64,000 nt of DNA from Candidatus Woesearchaeota archaeon (lineage in GTDB: Archaea > Nanobdellota > Nanobdellia > Pacearchaeales > GW2011-AR1), in the NCBI GenBank assembly GCA_964516745.1, contig CAZEYD010000001.1:303309-367308 (forward strand), written 5' to 3'. Of this stretch, positions 36,533 to 46,624 are shown one piece after another. Both the position numbers and the translations under genes were made by a program. The notes beneath the pieces are model-generated. The model was not told where the DNA came from. It worked only from the letters and a program-made list of their open reading frames with translations, and made no database searches. How positions within the stretch are numbered: the first letter of the stretch is position 1; every line of letters begins with the position of its first letter.

Positions 36533-37021
36533 ATGATACCAAAAAAGGCTCAGCAATCAGTAGGAATGTCGTTTGGTATGATATTTTCTATAATATTAAT
36601 TGTTATTTTTGTTGCATTTGCATTCATGGCAATAAAGTTTTTTCTAAATTTCGGTTCATCATCTCAAGTGGTTCAGTTCTATGAAAGTTTTCAAGGTGAG
36701 ATAGATAATGCATGGAGTTCAGCATCAGTAGAAAAACCGTATGAGATAAATTTGCCAAAAAAGATCACACATATTTGTTTTGCGAATTTTTCAGCACCAC
36801 TCACAGCAGACCAAGAACTAAGCTCTCAAATAAAGAGTTACGACTATGAATCTAACTTATTCTTGATTCCACAAAAAGCTGCTTTTGGCTTCAAATCCAA
36901 AACAATAGAGCATCTCGAGATATCAAAAATTACCAGGAATCAAAATCCATACTGTATCCCAAACCCAGGAGTAATCATAATCAAAAAAGAATTGGGTTCA
37001 AAAAAAGTAATTGTTGAATAA
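36533..37021 (+). CDS. Pilin-like protein
   Basis: MIPKKAQQSVGMSFGMIFSIILIVIFVAFAF shows a KAQ motif followed by a hydrophobic helix. Confidence 0.55.
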   Translation: MIPKKAQQSVGMSFGMIFSIILIVIFVAFAFMAIKFFLNFGSSSQVVQFYESFQGEIDNAWSSASVEKPYEINLPKKITHICFANFSAPLTADQELSSQIKSYDYESNLFLIPQKAAFGFKSKTIEHLEISKITRNQNPYCIPNPGVIIIKKELGSKKVIVE

Positions 37022-37076
37022 TTTTATTATCGTATCTTCCCCATAAATTTATAATATTTCTTATCATAAAAATAAA

Positions 37077-38036
37077 ATGAAAGAGAAGAGGGGTGATTTT
37101 AATTTCGTAACTATTTTCGCTATTATAGCCGGTGTGTCTATTCTTATATTATCTATATATGGAGTTACAAAATCAGGGGATACGCAGAAGTATCAATCAG
37201 ACACTACAATCGCAAAACAAATCGAAGTATTCATAGATCCTCTACAAACAGGTTTTGCAACAAGTTCTTCGGGCGAAATAGACTTTCACCAAAAAATAAA
37301 ATTTAAAAATAGGTGCGAGAGTTTTACAGACTTTGGAGGGAACAGAATCTCAGTAGCGACATTAGATACTTCACGAAAATCATACGGTGATTTTGGTTCA
37401 GAAATAGTTGTAGAAGACAAATATTTGTTCTCTGATGAACAATTAGAGACAGAAAGATTATATACAATATCGAAGACTTTCTCGTATCCGTATGAGGTTT
37501 CAGATTTCATTATTTTAATCCCAGACACTAAACAATATTGTTTAGAAAATGCCCCCGAATTTATTAAGATAAGTCTAGGTGCATTAAAGATACCAACAAT
37601 AAGTGTCGAAAATTGTTCAGAATTAAATATCACTCAGGTCTGCTCAAGCGATAACTCCTGCGACATTTCAATAGAACCAATGTGTCTTTCTACTAGCTGT
37701 AAAACAAAATATGATTATGGCATTGTAAAGAAAGAAGGCGTATCTGTACCATTTATAGGAGAGTTAGTTTATGCCGCAATATTCTCAGAAGAAGATAACT
37801 ATTACTGTAATGTGGACAGATTATTATATAGAACATATTTGTTGTCTAAACTATATACAGAAAAGGCAGACATATTATCAGCCAGATCTTGTTATACACA
37901 AATAAAACCACAGCTAATAGAGTGGACGAATTCACTACTATCGTCAGAAGATCCAGAGCAAATGTTAGATATATATGACCAATCAATGAATCTATATAAT
38001 GATAATAAGGCCGGAGGATGTAAAGTATGGGAATGA
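37077..38036 (+). CDS. Pilin-like protein
   Basis: MKEKRGDFNFVTIFAIIAGVSILILSIYG. Confidence 0.55.
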   Translation: MKEKRGDFNFVTIFAIIAGVSILILSIYGVTKSGDTQKYQSDTTIAKQIEVFIDPLQTGFATSSSGEIDFHQKIKFKNRCESFTDFGGNRISVATLDTSRKSYGDFGSEIVVEDKYLFSDEQLETERLYTISKTFSYPYEVSDFIILIPDTKQYCLENAPEFIKISLGALKIPTISVENCSELNITQVCSSDNSCDISIEPMCLSTSCKTKYDYGIVKKEGVSVPFIGELVYAAIFSEEDNYYCNVDRLLYRTYLLSKLYTEKADILSARSCYTQIKPQLIEWTNSLLSSEDPEQMLDIYDQSMNLYNDNKAGGCKVWE

Positions 38037-38521
38037 AAGCACAATATAAGATAATGCAGATGGTTGTTATGGTTTTGGCCATATTCTTATTTTTTATATT
38101 AGTAGGTATATTTTTAATAAATTCCCAATCTCAAGGGCTAAAAGAATCATCAGATAATTTAAAGAGAGCACAAACAATTTCATCCATAGAATCTTTAGCA
38201 AATTCACCAGAATTCTCTTGCGGTAGTACAGAATCGTGGTGTGTAGATAGTGATAAGCTTCATATAATGTCAGGTGAATTAGGAAAAGAATATTCCGACT
38301 TCTGGCAAATATCCTCTATTGAAGTATTATCCATTTATCCAAATAATCAAACAGATGTTATAGAATGTCCAGGAGAAGGATGCAATTATTATAAAATATA
38401 TGATAATAACCAACCAAATAAAGAAACGTATTCTGCATATATCAGTTTATGCGAAAGAAAAAGTAGGCTAATTGTTGAGTGTCAACTAGCAAAACTTATT
38501 GTAGGAGTAAAAAATGTATAA
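38033..38521 (+). CDS. Pilin-like protein
   Basis: MKAQYKIMQMVVMVLAIFLFFILVGIF. ATGA overlap with the upstream stop. The ORF track starts at 38027. Confidence 0.5.
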   Translation: MKAQYKIMQMVVMVLAIFLFFILVGIFLINSQSQGLKESSDNLKRAQTISSIESLANSPEFSCGSTESWCVDSDKLHIMSGELGKEYSDFWQISSIEVLSIYPNNQTDVIECPGEGCNYYKIYDNNQPNKETYSAYISLCERKSRLIVECQLAKLIVGVKNV

Positions 38522-39014
38522 AAAAGCTCAGCAAGAAATGGTAGGATTCGTTTTAATAGTAATAGTAGTAGTAATCGCATTATTAGTTTTTATGATATTC
38601 AAGATATCACAACCGGCAAAAGTTTATGAAAGTATATCAGTTGATAATATCCTCCAAGGGGTTATGCACACCAGTTCTCAGTGCAAAGTATCTCAAAAAT
38701 CAGGTTATCAAAAAATAGAAGATTTATTCGAAGATTGTTATGATAATAAACGATGTATGAATACAGATAGCATGGTTTGCGACGAGTTAAATGTCACACT
38801 GAAACAAATATTTGACGAAATATTATTCACAGACAACCAAGTTTCTGCATATGAATTAAACACTAAATATAATTATGAAGAGGATTCTCAAGACCAATTT
38901 ACAATAATCAACGGCAATTGTTCTAGTAAGGTATATGGCTCGAATCCCTATATTATATCTTTAGGAAATGATGGAGACATCAGTGTTGACTTAAAGCTGT
39001 GTATGGCAAATTAA
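38514..39014 (+). CDS. Pilin-like protein
   Basis: MYKKAQQEMVGFVLIVIVVVIALLVFMIF. Confidence 0.55.
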   Translation: MYKKAQQEMVGFVLIVIVVVIALLVFMIFKISQPAKVYESISVDNILQGVMHTSSQCKVSQKSGYQKIEDLFEDCYDNKRCMNTDSMVCDELNVTLKQIFDEILFTDNQVSAYELNTKYNYEEDSQDQFTIINGNCSSKVYGSNPYIISLGNDGDISVDLKLCMAN

Positions 39015-39367
39015 ATCTTAATACTAATATCCATCCTATTAATAATCAAAACAGGTTTAAGGCTTTCTCTTTTTCCATTTTTTTCCGAATGAAATTCAAT
39101 GAAGCCAAATCGCTCTAAAAATTTAACATCATCGTGAACAGATTTAAAATCTCGTCCTAACCCCTTTGCCAATTCATATATAGAACCCGGTTTTTTCTTT
39201 TTCAAAGTGAATAAAATCCTCCCCTTTTCTCGCGACAAAAGCTTTCTAATCATATGAATATCAGAAAAATCATATTTACGTGGAGCTCCAGACATTTTGG
39301 CAACAAACCCACGAGTGTCAGGGTTTATACTTGCATATCTTATCTTCGTTTTCTGACGAGTAACCAT
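39011..39367 (-). CDS. Winged-helix transcriptional regulator
   Basis: MVTRQKTKI...RKLLSREKGRILFTLKKKKPGSIYELAKGLGRDFKSVHDDVKFLERFGFIEF. The ORF-track start at 39433 adds an implausible hydrophobic extension. Confidence 0.6.
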   Translation of the reverse strand: MVTRQKTKIRYASINPDTRGFVAKMSGAPRKYDFSDIHMIRKLLSREKGRILFTLKKKKPGSIYELAKGLGRDFKSVHDDVKFLERFGFIEFHSEKNGKRESLKPVLIINRMDISIKI

Positions 39368-39751
39368 TGTATATATGGGATATGGATACACATATATAAA
39401 TGTTACTATTAAGAGAATGTATGGACCAAACATTTAATGGTAAAGGCTTTGTCATCATTCTGAAGAATAACACAAAACTTATAAACGAAACGCGAGACTT
39501 AGGAGAAAATCACCGTCTATAAACCAATTATAACAATAAACCTTATAAACTGTTTTTTTCTTATATGATTGCGTTATTGTTCATCAATAATGCTGACTAG
39601 TCAGTGATCAAACAGGGACCCTCAGTGATGACCTTATAGCGCTCCCTAGTTATAAGTCCGACCAGGCTATTTAGTTAAGCTTAACCTGAATTATCAGGGC
39701 CTTGAATAAGGCGGTTAAAACTAATAGTACTGAAAGGAGGTTTAAAAAAAA

Positions 39752-42085
39752 ATGAAAAAATTATTTCACAAAGCTATAACAGTTTTAGGAACGTTGGCTC
39801 TTGTAGGTTCTACAATGGGCACTGCCGTAGCTGCTAGTTACTCTGATACATTTGGTGGAGATTCCGCCGTAGTGGTTGGTAGTATAGCAGCAGGTTCAGA
39901 TACTATTGCAGCCATTAGTATTGCTAATGACTTAGGTATATCTGCAATTGGGGCAACAGCTACAACAACAACTGGTTCAACAAGTGTTACTGCTGAAGAT
40001 TCTTACAAGTTTGAAAAATCATCTACTAAATTTAATTTAGGAAATAGTTTCACAGATCTAAGATCAACAATCAATGATGAGTACTTACCTAGTTTACTAG
40101 GAGATGGTACATATACTGATGATGATAATGATGAATTTGACTTTACTCAAAAAATAGTTCCGGCCGATAGGAACTTAACACTTTTTGATGATAACGACTA
40201 TATGGATGATACTCCAACAGTTGGTTTTAAGTATTCATCAGGTGATACTGTATTGACGTATACATTAGCATTTAGTACTAAACCAACGTTTGATGATTTA
40301 AAGACAACTAACATACCTATAATGGGTAATGACTATTATGTCTTAAGTAATGGAACAGATGTACAGAATCCAATATTGACATTTCTAGATTCTGCTGTTG
40401 ATACAGTATTAAGCGATGGTGCAACTAACACATTAGATGTTGGTGGAACTGCATATGCAGCTACTATCGAATATATATCTACATCTTCAGTAAAATTAAA
40501 TGTTAATGGTGAAGTTACAAGTTCTTTGAGTATAGGCGAAACCTATAAGTTAAGTGATGGATCTTATATTGGTGTTAAAGATATTTTATATGATGCTAAA
40601 GAAAGCGGTATCAGTAAGGTTGAATTTAGTATTGGTCAAGGTAAATTGATTTTAACAGATGGTAATGAAGTTCAGCTTAATGAAGATACGATTTCTGGTT
40701 TAACTGCACATGTAACAAATGGTACTACTGGTACTACATTAGTATCTATTGGGCTAACATGGAAAGCTGACGATGATTTGTTTATAACTGAAGATTCTAC
40801 TATTACTATGCCTGGATTCGAAGTGGTAAGTCTTTCATATGGAGGATCAACATATCCTGCAGAGGAAGAAACTCATGTTGATGTTTCAAACAATGTGTTT
40901 ACATTAACTGATTTTCCATTAGATGACGGTGCTGCAAGTATCGATTTATATTACATAAATGAAACAAGCGGTAACATCTCAGGTTATGGTAGTGCTGTAG
41001 ATAAACAGCTATTGATTAGTGACGCTGCTGCAAGTACAGGTATTGTTTTTAATGATTCTGAGCATGAATATTTCATCGCATCATGGAACGATACAACAGA
41101 TTCTGCATCTTATTTGATGAGAGCGACATCCTTTATCGTTGAAAGTACAACTGTAAATAAAACTACAATTCAGTACTACAAAGACGATTCTTGGACAGAC
41201 GCTAAAGTTAAAGCTCAACCAGATGATATAGTCACATTAGGTGATATGGAATTAACTGTTCGTAATGTAAATAGGTTAGGTAAGACTGTTAACATAACAG
41301 GAAACGCTGGAACTTCATTTAATACGCTATATTCTACAGAAGGATTAGCTGTTACTTTAGGAGTAAACGCTGACATTACAAATCTGTCTTCTGACAACGT
41401 AAGTAGTATGTCATTAATTTTTGCTGAACAAGATAAAAGCGATAATTTAGGTAATGGTGATACATTCACTGCTACACTAGGTTCTGCTGGAACTTCTCCA
41501 TCAAAGACAGCTTCTATTACTGCAGTTACTACTTCAAGTGGTAGTTTAGCCTATGAAATTGGTAATACTGACGTCTATAGACAATTTGCGTATAGTGCAT
41601 TAGCAACTGAAGCTCTTTATGATAAGAGTGATTCTAGTGCTAAGTCATTAACGTTAATTTATCATGGTTCAGAAGTAGCTAACGATGTATATATTACATC
41701 TTCCGATGTAGTTGTTACAGCTGGCGATACTATTCCTGGTGCTACAGGTCAAAAAACATTTACAGATGCAGAAGCAACAGCTTTTGCTGATAAAGATTTG
41801 ATTGTAATAGGTGGTAGTTGTGTTAACACTGTTGCTGCAGAATTATTAGGTAGTTCTACACCAGTTTGTGGTGATGCCTTTACTACTGCTACAAGTGTTA
41901 AAGCGGGACAATATATGTTCGAATCATTTGCTAGAAACGGTAAAGTTGCTTTACTTGTTGCTGGTTATGATGCAGAAGATACAACAAAAGCCGCTACTCA
42001 CTTAATCAACAAAGTAGTTGATGTTACTGTAGGAGCTAAGAATGTTTATACAACAGCTAATGAAGCCGTTGTTGCAACAGCCTAA
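39752..42085 (+). CDS. S-layer-like major surface protein
   Basis: Signal peptide MKKLFHKAITVLGTLALVGSTMGTAVAA and an AGGAGG RBS. The 777-aa protein is rich in T/S/D/N/G and acidic. The C-terminal LIVIGGSCVNTVAAELLG is like euryarchaeal S-layer proteins. A strong terminator follows. Confidence 0.7.
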   Translation: MKKLFHKAITVLGTLALVGSTMGTAVAASYSDTFGGDSAVVVGSIAAGSDTIAAISIANDLGISAIGATATTTTGSTSVTAEDSYKFEKSSTKFNLGNSFTDLRSTINDEYLPSLLGDGTYTDDDNDEFDFTQKIVPADRNLTLFDDNDYMDDTPTVGFKYSSGDTVLTYTLAFSTKPTFDDLKTTNIPIMGNDYYVLSNGTDVQNPILTFLDSAVDTVLSDGATNTLDVGGTAYAATIEYISTSSVKLNVNGEVTSSLSIGETYKLSDGSYIGVKDILYDAKESGISKVEFSIGQGKLILTDGNEVQLNEDTISGLTAHVTNGTTGTTLVSIGLTWKADDDLFITEDSTITMPGFEVVSLSYGGSTYPAEEETHVDVSNNVFTLTDFPLDDGAASIDLYYINETSGNISGYGSAVDKQLLISDAAASTGIVFNDSEHEYFIASWNDTTDSASYLMRATSFIVESTTVNKTTIQYYKDDSWTDAKVKAQPDDIVTLGDMELTVRNVNRLGKTVNITGNAGTSFNTLYSTEGLAVTLGVNADITNLSSDNVSSMSLIFAEQDKSDNLGNGDTFTATLGSAGTSPSKTASITAVTTSSGSLAYEIGNTDVYRQFAYSALATEALYDKSDSSAKSLTLIYHGSEVANDVYITSSDVVVTAGDTIPGATGQKTFTDAEATAFADKDLIVIGGSCVNTVAAELLGSSTPVCGDAFTTATSVKAGQYMFESFARNGKVALLVAGYDAEDTTKAATHLINKVVDVTVGAKNVYTTANEAVVATA

Positions 42086-42099
42086 GTTTAATCTAAAAA

Positions 42100-42153
42100 T
42101 AAAAAGGATTTTTTCCTTTTTTTTCTTTTTTTTTCTTTCTTCTTCCTTTTTTA
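42100..42153 (+). terminator. Hairpin plus long T/pyrimidine tract downstream of the S-layer-like gene
   Basis: aaaagga-ttttt-tcctttt stem-loop at 42102-42120, followed by T-runs. Confidence 0.5.
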
Positions 42154-42188
42154 GTTAGTTTTATAATATAAGAATTCTTAAATTCAAT

Positions 42189-42926
42189 ATGAAAAAAAGA
42201 GATGAAGTTATACGATTGGTAGATGTAAAAAAATATTATCAATTAGGGGATAGTACAGTAAAAGCCTTAGATGGAATAGATATTTTAGTTAGAAGAGGAG
42301 AATTTATAGCAATAATGGGACCATCTGGTTCTGGTAAATCTACGGCCATGAATATGATTGGTTCTCTTGATACTCCGACACACGGGTCAGTTTTTTTAGA
42401 TGGAGAAGATATAAGCAAACTTTCTGAAAGCAGACTTGCTCAGTTAAGAGGTAAAAAAATAGGATTTATATTTCAACAATTCAATTTAATTCCGAACCTG
42501 ACAGCAATAGAAAATGTTGCATTACCACTTCTATTTCAAGGGGTTGATGAATCAAAGCGTCTAATCAAAGCGAAAAATCTCTTATCGCTGATAGAATTGG
42601 AAGACAGGATAAATCATTACCCAAATCAACTTTCAGGAGGACAACAGCAACGAGTAGCAATAGCAAGGAGTCTATCAAACGAACCAGAAGTTATCTTAGC
42701 TGATGAACCAACAGGAAATCTAGATACAAAAACAGGAAAAATAGTAATGGACTTTTTAGACAACATGCATAAGCAAAACAAAACAATTGTAATGGTGACA
42801 CATGATCCAAATTTAGCAATTCAACATGCAGATAAAGTATATTGGATAATTGATGGAAAGGTCAGCAAGATAACACAGAAACAAGATGGGAAATGGACTC
42901 AAGTTAAAAAGCAGGAAATGATATGA
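42189..42926 (+). CDS. ABC transporter ATP-binding protein (MacB/LolD-like)
   Basis: [35 protein letters not shown] and VTHD. Confidence 0.9.
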   Translation: MKKRDEVIRLVDVKKYYQLGDSTVKALDGIDILVRRGEFIAIMGPSGSGKSTAMNMIGSLDTPTHGSVFLDGEDISKLSESRLAQLRGKKIGFIFQQFNLIPNLTAIENVALPLLFQGVDESKRLIKAKNLLSLIELEDRINHYPNQLSGGQQQRVAIARSLSNEPEVILADEPTGNLDTKTGKIVMDFLDNMHKQNKTIVMVTHDPNLAIQHADKVYWIIDGKVSKITQKQDGKWTQVKKQEMI

Positions 42927-44134
42927 AAGATTATTTTCTAATAGCTTGGAGAAATCTTCTAAGACGAAAACTTAGAAGCTGGTTAACAATTATAGGAATT
43001 TTCATCGGAATTGCAGCCGTAGTAGCTCTAATAAGTCTAGGGCAAGCATTACAAACAGCTGTCAGTTCACAATTCTCAGATTTAGAACCAGACAGAATAA
43101 CACTCAAGAATGCTGATGCCGGATTTGGCCCTCCAGGAACAACCGCCGCAGAATCATTAACAAATAGAGAAGTAAAATTAATTCAGAAAGTAACTGGAGT
43201 AAAGGAAGCTTATGGAATATATCTAGAACCAGTAATACTAGAATATAACGGTGTAAGTACTTTTTCTTTTGCTATGAGTATTCCAATGGACAAGACACAA
43301 CAGAATTTGAGATACAAAGCATTTGACGATTTAGAAAAAGGAAATTTAATATATTCTAGTAATACAAGGAAAATATTATTAGGCATAGATTTTTATAAAA
43401 AAAATATCTTTAATAGAAAACTTAATGTTGGAACAACAATTAAGATTAATAATGAAGATTTTAAAATTAATGGATTCTTAGGCGAAACTGGAGCATTTAC
43501 GAAAAACTCTGCAACCTATATTCTAGAAAAGGATTTAGAAGATATAACAAATCAATCTGATCAATATGATTTGATACAAATATATGTAGACGATCAAGAT
43601 AATATAGATACAATAGCAAAAGGAATAAGAGATATAGTACGTAAAGACAGGAAAGATACAGAAGGAGAAGAGAGCTTTAGTGTAGAAACGGCAGGGACTA
43701 GTCTACAGAATATGAATGTTATACTTTCAATGGTAAACATCGTAGTCATAGCAATAGCGTCAATGGCTATTCTAATAGGGAGTATTGGCGTCGCTAATAA
43801 TATGTTTACTTCTGTATTAGAAAGACAGAACGAAATAGGAATAATGAAAGCCATTGGAGCAAGAAACATATCTGTAATGTCAATCTTTTTGTTTGAAGCG
43901 GGTTTGTTAGGGTTATTTGGAGGAATCGCTGGTACATTATTTGGAATATTAATAGCATGGGGGATTACAGCCATCGCTACGGTGTTCTTAGGAGAAGGAC
44001 TTTTTGTTTTAAATCTACCACTCTCTTTACTTTTAGGACCCGCATTGTTTTCATTTGTAGTGGGTATAATCGCGGGCTATATTCCTGCAAGACAAGCATC
44101 ACAACTAAATCCAGTTGAAGCGTTAAGAAAATGA
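42923..44134 (+). CDS. ABC transporter permease, FtsX/MacB type
   Basis: N-terminal TM, a large extracytoplasmic domain, and three C-terminal TMs with the EIGIMKAIGA motif. Overlaps both neighbours. Confidence 0.85.
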   Translation: MKDYFLIAWRNLLRRKLRSWLTIIGIFIGIAAVVALISLGQALQTAVSSQFSDLEPDRITLKNADAGFGPPGTTAAESLTNREVKLIQKVTGVKEAYGIYLEPVILEYNGVSTFSFAMSIPMDKTQQNLRYKAFDDLEKGNLIYSSNTRKILLGIDFYKKNIFNRKLNVGTTIKINNEDFKINGFLGETGAFTKNSATYILEKDLEDITNQSDQYDLIQIYVDDQDNIDTIAKGIRDIVRKDRKDTEGEESFSVETAGTSLQNMNVILSMVNIVVIAIASMAILIGSIGVANNMFTSVLERQNEIGIMKAIGARNISVMSIFLFEAGLLGLFGGIAGTLFGILIAWGITAIATVFLGEGLFVLNLPLSLLLGPALFSFVVGIIAGYIPARQASQLNPVEALRK

Positions 44135-45333
44135 ATAAACAATTTTTTAAATTATCATGGACAAATTTAAGAAACCGTAAATTAAGAAGTGGGTTAACAC
44201 TTTTAGGTATAGTAATCTCAGTAATGGTAATATTTGTTTTAATATCATTATCATTAGGTTTGCAAAATGGAATAGAACAACAATTCGAAAAAATGGGACG
44301 AGATAAAATATTTATTTACCCATCTGGAATACCAGGAGTTGCAAGTCCTACCACACTAACCATTGAAAACGCGAATGCACTAGAGAGAGTAAGTGGTGTA
44401 GATACAGTATTCTATGCCTCTATTGACACAGCGAAGGTAGCATGGGGGGATAAAACGAGGTATTTGTTTACAATGGGTATCCCGAATGATAATAATGAAA
44501 TATTAGATATAATAAAAGAGAGTTTTACAATGGAAATAGAGGAGGGAAAATTCTTCAAAACAGATGAATCAAAAAAAATAGTTATAGGATACAAAATTCC
44601 ACAGATATTTACAGGGATAGAGGTAGGCGATAAGATATCATTAAATGGAGAGAAATATAGAGTAATTGGAATTTTAGAAACTCTTGGAAACGACGGCGAC
44701 GACAAAAATATATATATAAGTTATAACGATGCAAAAGATTTATTCGGAAGTGATGGCGAGATAGATTTTTTAGGTGTTCAGGTGAAAGATGTTGCCAGCA
44801 TAGATAAGACAGTTTCTCAGATAGAATCAAAACTAGATAAGAGTAGGGATGTAGACGAAAAAACTAGAGACTATACAATCCAGACACCGGAAGAACTAAT
44901 GGAAAGTTTCAATTCTATTCTGTCAATCTTAACAGTTTTTCTGGTAGGCATTGGCGGGATTAGCATTCTCGTCGGTGCTGTTGGGATAGCAAATACAATG
45001 TATACATCAGTAGTAGAGCGAACAAAAGAAATAGGTATAATGAAAGCTATTGGCGCAAAGAACTCCTCGATAACTACAATCTTCTTAATAGAATCAGGAT
45101 TATTAGGACTTATAGGCGGGATATTGGGAATGGTCATAGGACTTGGTATCTCTGAAGCCGTTGGATATATCGCAGTAAAATTCGCAGGAACAACATATCT
45201 TCAACCAGTTTATCCTTTGGTTGTCGTTCTTTCATTGCTTTTCTTTAGCATATTAATCGGCATATTAAGTGGCATTTTTCCATCAAAAAATGCGGCTCAG
45301 ACAAATATTATCGAGGCGTTAAGATATGAATAG
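44131..45333 (+). CDS. ABC transporter permease, FtsX/MacB type (second paralog)
   Basis: Same architecture as the preceding permease, with the EIGIMKAIGA motif. Confidence 0.85.
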   Translation: MNKQFFKLSWTNLRNRKLRSGLTLLGIVISVMVIFVLISLSLGLQNGIEQQFEKMGRDKIFIYPSGIPGVASPTTLTIENANALERVSGVDTVFYASIDTAKVAWGDKTRYLFTMGIPNDNNEILDIIKESFTMEIEEGKFFKTDESKKIVIGYKIPQIFTGIEVGDKISLNGEKYRVIGILETLGNDGDDKNIYISYNDAKDLFGSDGEIDFLGVQVKDVASIDKTVSQIESKLDKSRDVDEKTRDYTIQTPEELMESFNSILSILTVFLVGIGGISILVGAVGIANTMYTSVVERTKEIGIMKAIGAKNSSITTIFLIESGLLGLIGGILGMVIGLGISEAVGYIAVKFAGTTYLQPVYPLVVVLSLLFFSILIGILSGIFPSKNAAQTNIIEALRYE

Positions 45334-45415
45334 AAACAAAACATTTATAATTAACAATATCGTAAAAAAGATATCACTAGATATAATCTAGATACAATTG
45401 AAAGGGGGAAATAAT

Positions 45416-45931
45416 ATGATAAATAGAAAAAACAAAAAAGGTGTCTCTGCAATTGTTGCAACAAGTCTTATAATTTTAATTACCGTAGCTGCTATATCAA
45501 TTGTATGGACGATAGTTTTACCAATGATTAGAGATAATCTTCAAGGTAGCCAAGCATGTATGGAAGCTGCTAGTTCTATAACTATAAGAACTAATACAGG
45601 ACAAACATGTTGGAACAAAACAAATTCCGGTACTGGCGATTATAATGGGACAGTCTTTGTTCAAATAGAAAGGTCCTCTGCCAATATTGATATAAGCTCA
45701 CTTAATTTAAGAGCTATTGACGCTAATGGTAATGCTCAAAACACAATATTGTCAACATCTAATGATACATTCTTTGGACCTGATGGTTTGGAGCCGGGTG
45801 ATGTATATGTGTATAGCGAAAACACAACAGAGATAATTGTTGCTTTTGAAATAGTTCCTGTTTTAACAGTAGGTACTCAAGAGTATTCATGTAACGACGC
45901 TGTCGCTGCTGCAGAAGTAGGTCTTTGTTAA
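45416..45931 (+). CDS. Archaeal type IV pilin (tandem paralog 1 of 3)
   Basis: MINRKNKKGVSAIVATSLIILITVAAISIVW is the archaeal pilin N-terminal domain pattern (KG then VS.IV). AGGGGGA RBS. The ORF-track TTG start at 45398 is less likely. Confidence 0.75.
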   Translation: MINRKNKKGVSAIVATSLIILITVAAISIVWTIVLPMIRDNLQGSQACMEAASSITIRTNTGQTCWNKTNSGTGDYNGTVFVQIERSSANIDISSLNLRAIDANGNAQNTILSTSNDTFFGPDGLEPGDVYVYSENTTEIIVAFEIVPVLTVGTQEYSCNDAVAAAEVGLC

Positions 45932-45944
45932 TCGCGTAATTTTC

Positions 45945-45985
45945 AAAAAGGGGCTTTGTCCCCTTTTTCTTTCTTTTTATTTTTC
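45945..45985 (+). terminator. Hairpin plus T-runs after pilin paralog 1
   Basis: aaaaagggg-ctttgt-ccccttttt, followed by T-rich sequence. Confidence 0.45.
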
Positions 45986-46037
45986 GAAACATTTATAATT
46001 AATCTCATCTTAGATAAACTATAATTAAGAGGGAAAT

Positions 46038-46553
46038 ATGATAAATAGAAAAAACAAAAAAGGTGTTTCTGCAATTGTTGCAACGAGTCTTATAATTCTA
46101 ATTACTGTAGCTGCTATATCAATTGTATGGACAATAGTCTTACCTATGATAAAAGGGAATCTTCAGAATAGCCAAGTTTGTTCAAATGTTGTAGGCTCTA
46201 TAACTATAAGGACCAACACAGGTCAAACATGTTGGAACAAAACAAATACAGACCCTGATGATACAACTGGAACAGTATTCGTTCAGATAGAAAGGTCCTC
46301 TGCCAATATAATATTGACTTCACTTAACTTAAGAGCTATTGACGCCAGCGGAAATGCTGAAAACATAATAATAAAAACAGATAACGAAACAATTTTTGGA
46401 GTTGATGGTATAGAGCCAGGTGATGTATATGTATATAACCAAAGCACAAAAAAAGAGATTGTATCTTTCGAAATAATTCCCGTTATAACTATAGGAACTC
46501 AAGAATATTCATGTAAAGAAGCTGTATCTTCCGCAGAAGTAAGTATTTGCTAA
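46038..46553 (+). CDS. Archaeal type IV pilin (tandem paralog 2 of 3)
   Basis: Its first ~38 aa are near-identical to paralog 1. It has the conserved C-terminal TIGTQEYSC..AV.SAEV..C. Confidence 0.75.
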   Translation: MINRKNKKGVSAIVATSLIILITVAAISIVWTIVLPMIKGNLQNSQVCSNVVGSITIRTNTGQTCWNKTNTDPDDTTGTVFVQIERSSANIILTSLNLRAIDASGNAENIIIKTDNETIFGVDGIEPGDVYVYNQSTKKEIVSFEIIPVITIGTQEYSCKEAVSSAEVSIC

Positions 46554-46624
46554 TTCTAAAAATAACCTTTTCAAAACATTTATAATTAATATTATCTTAG
46601 ATAAACTATAATTAAGAGGGAAAT

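Noticed and set aside
39620-39690. A box C/D sRNA, with GTGATGA at ~39626 and CTGA at ~39683.
   Set aside because: No D' or C' boxes lie at the expected spacing and there is no terminal stem. Single box matches are expected by chance.
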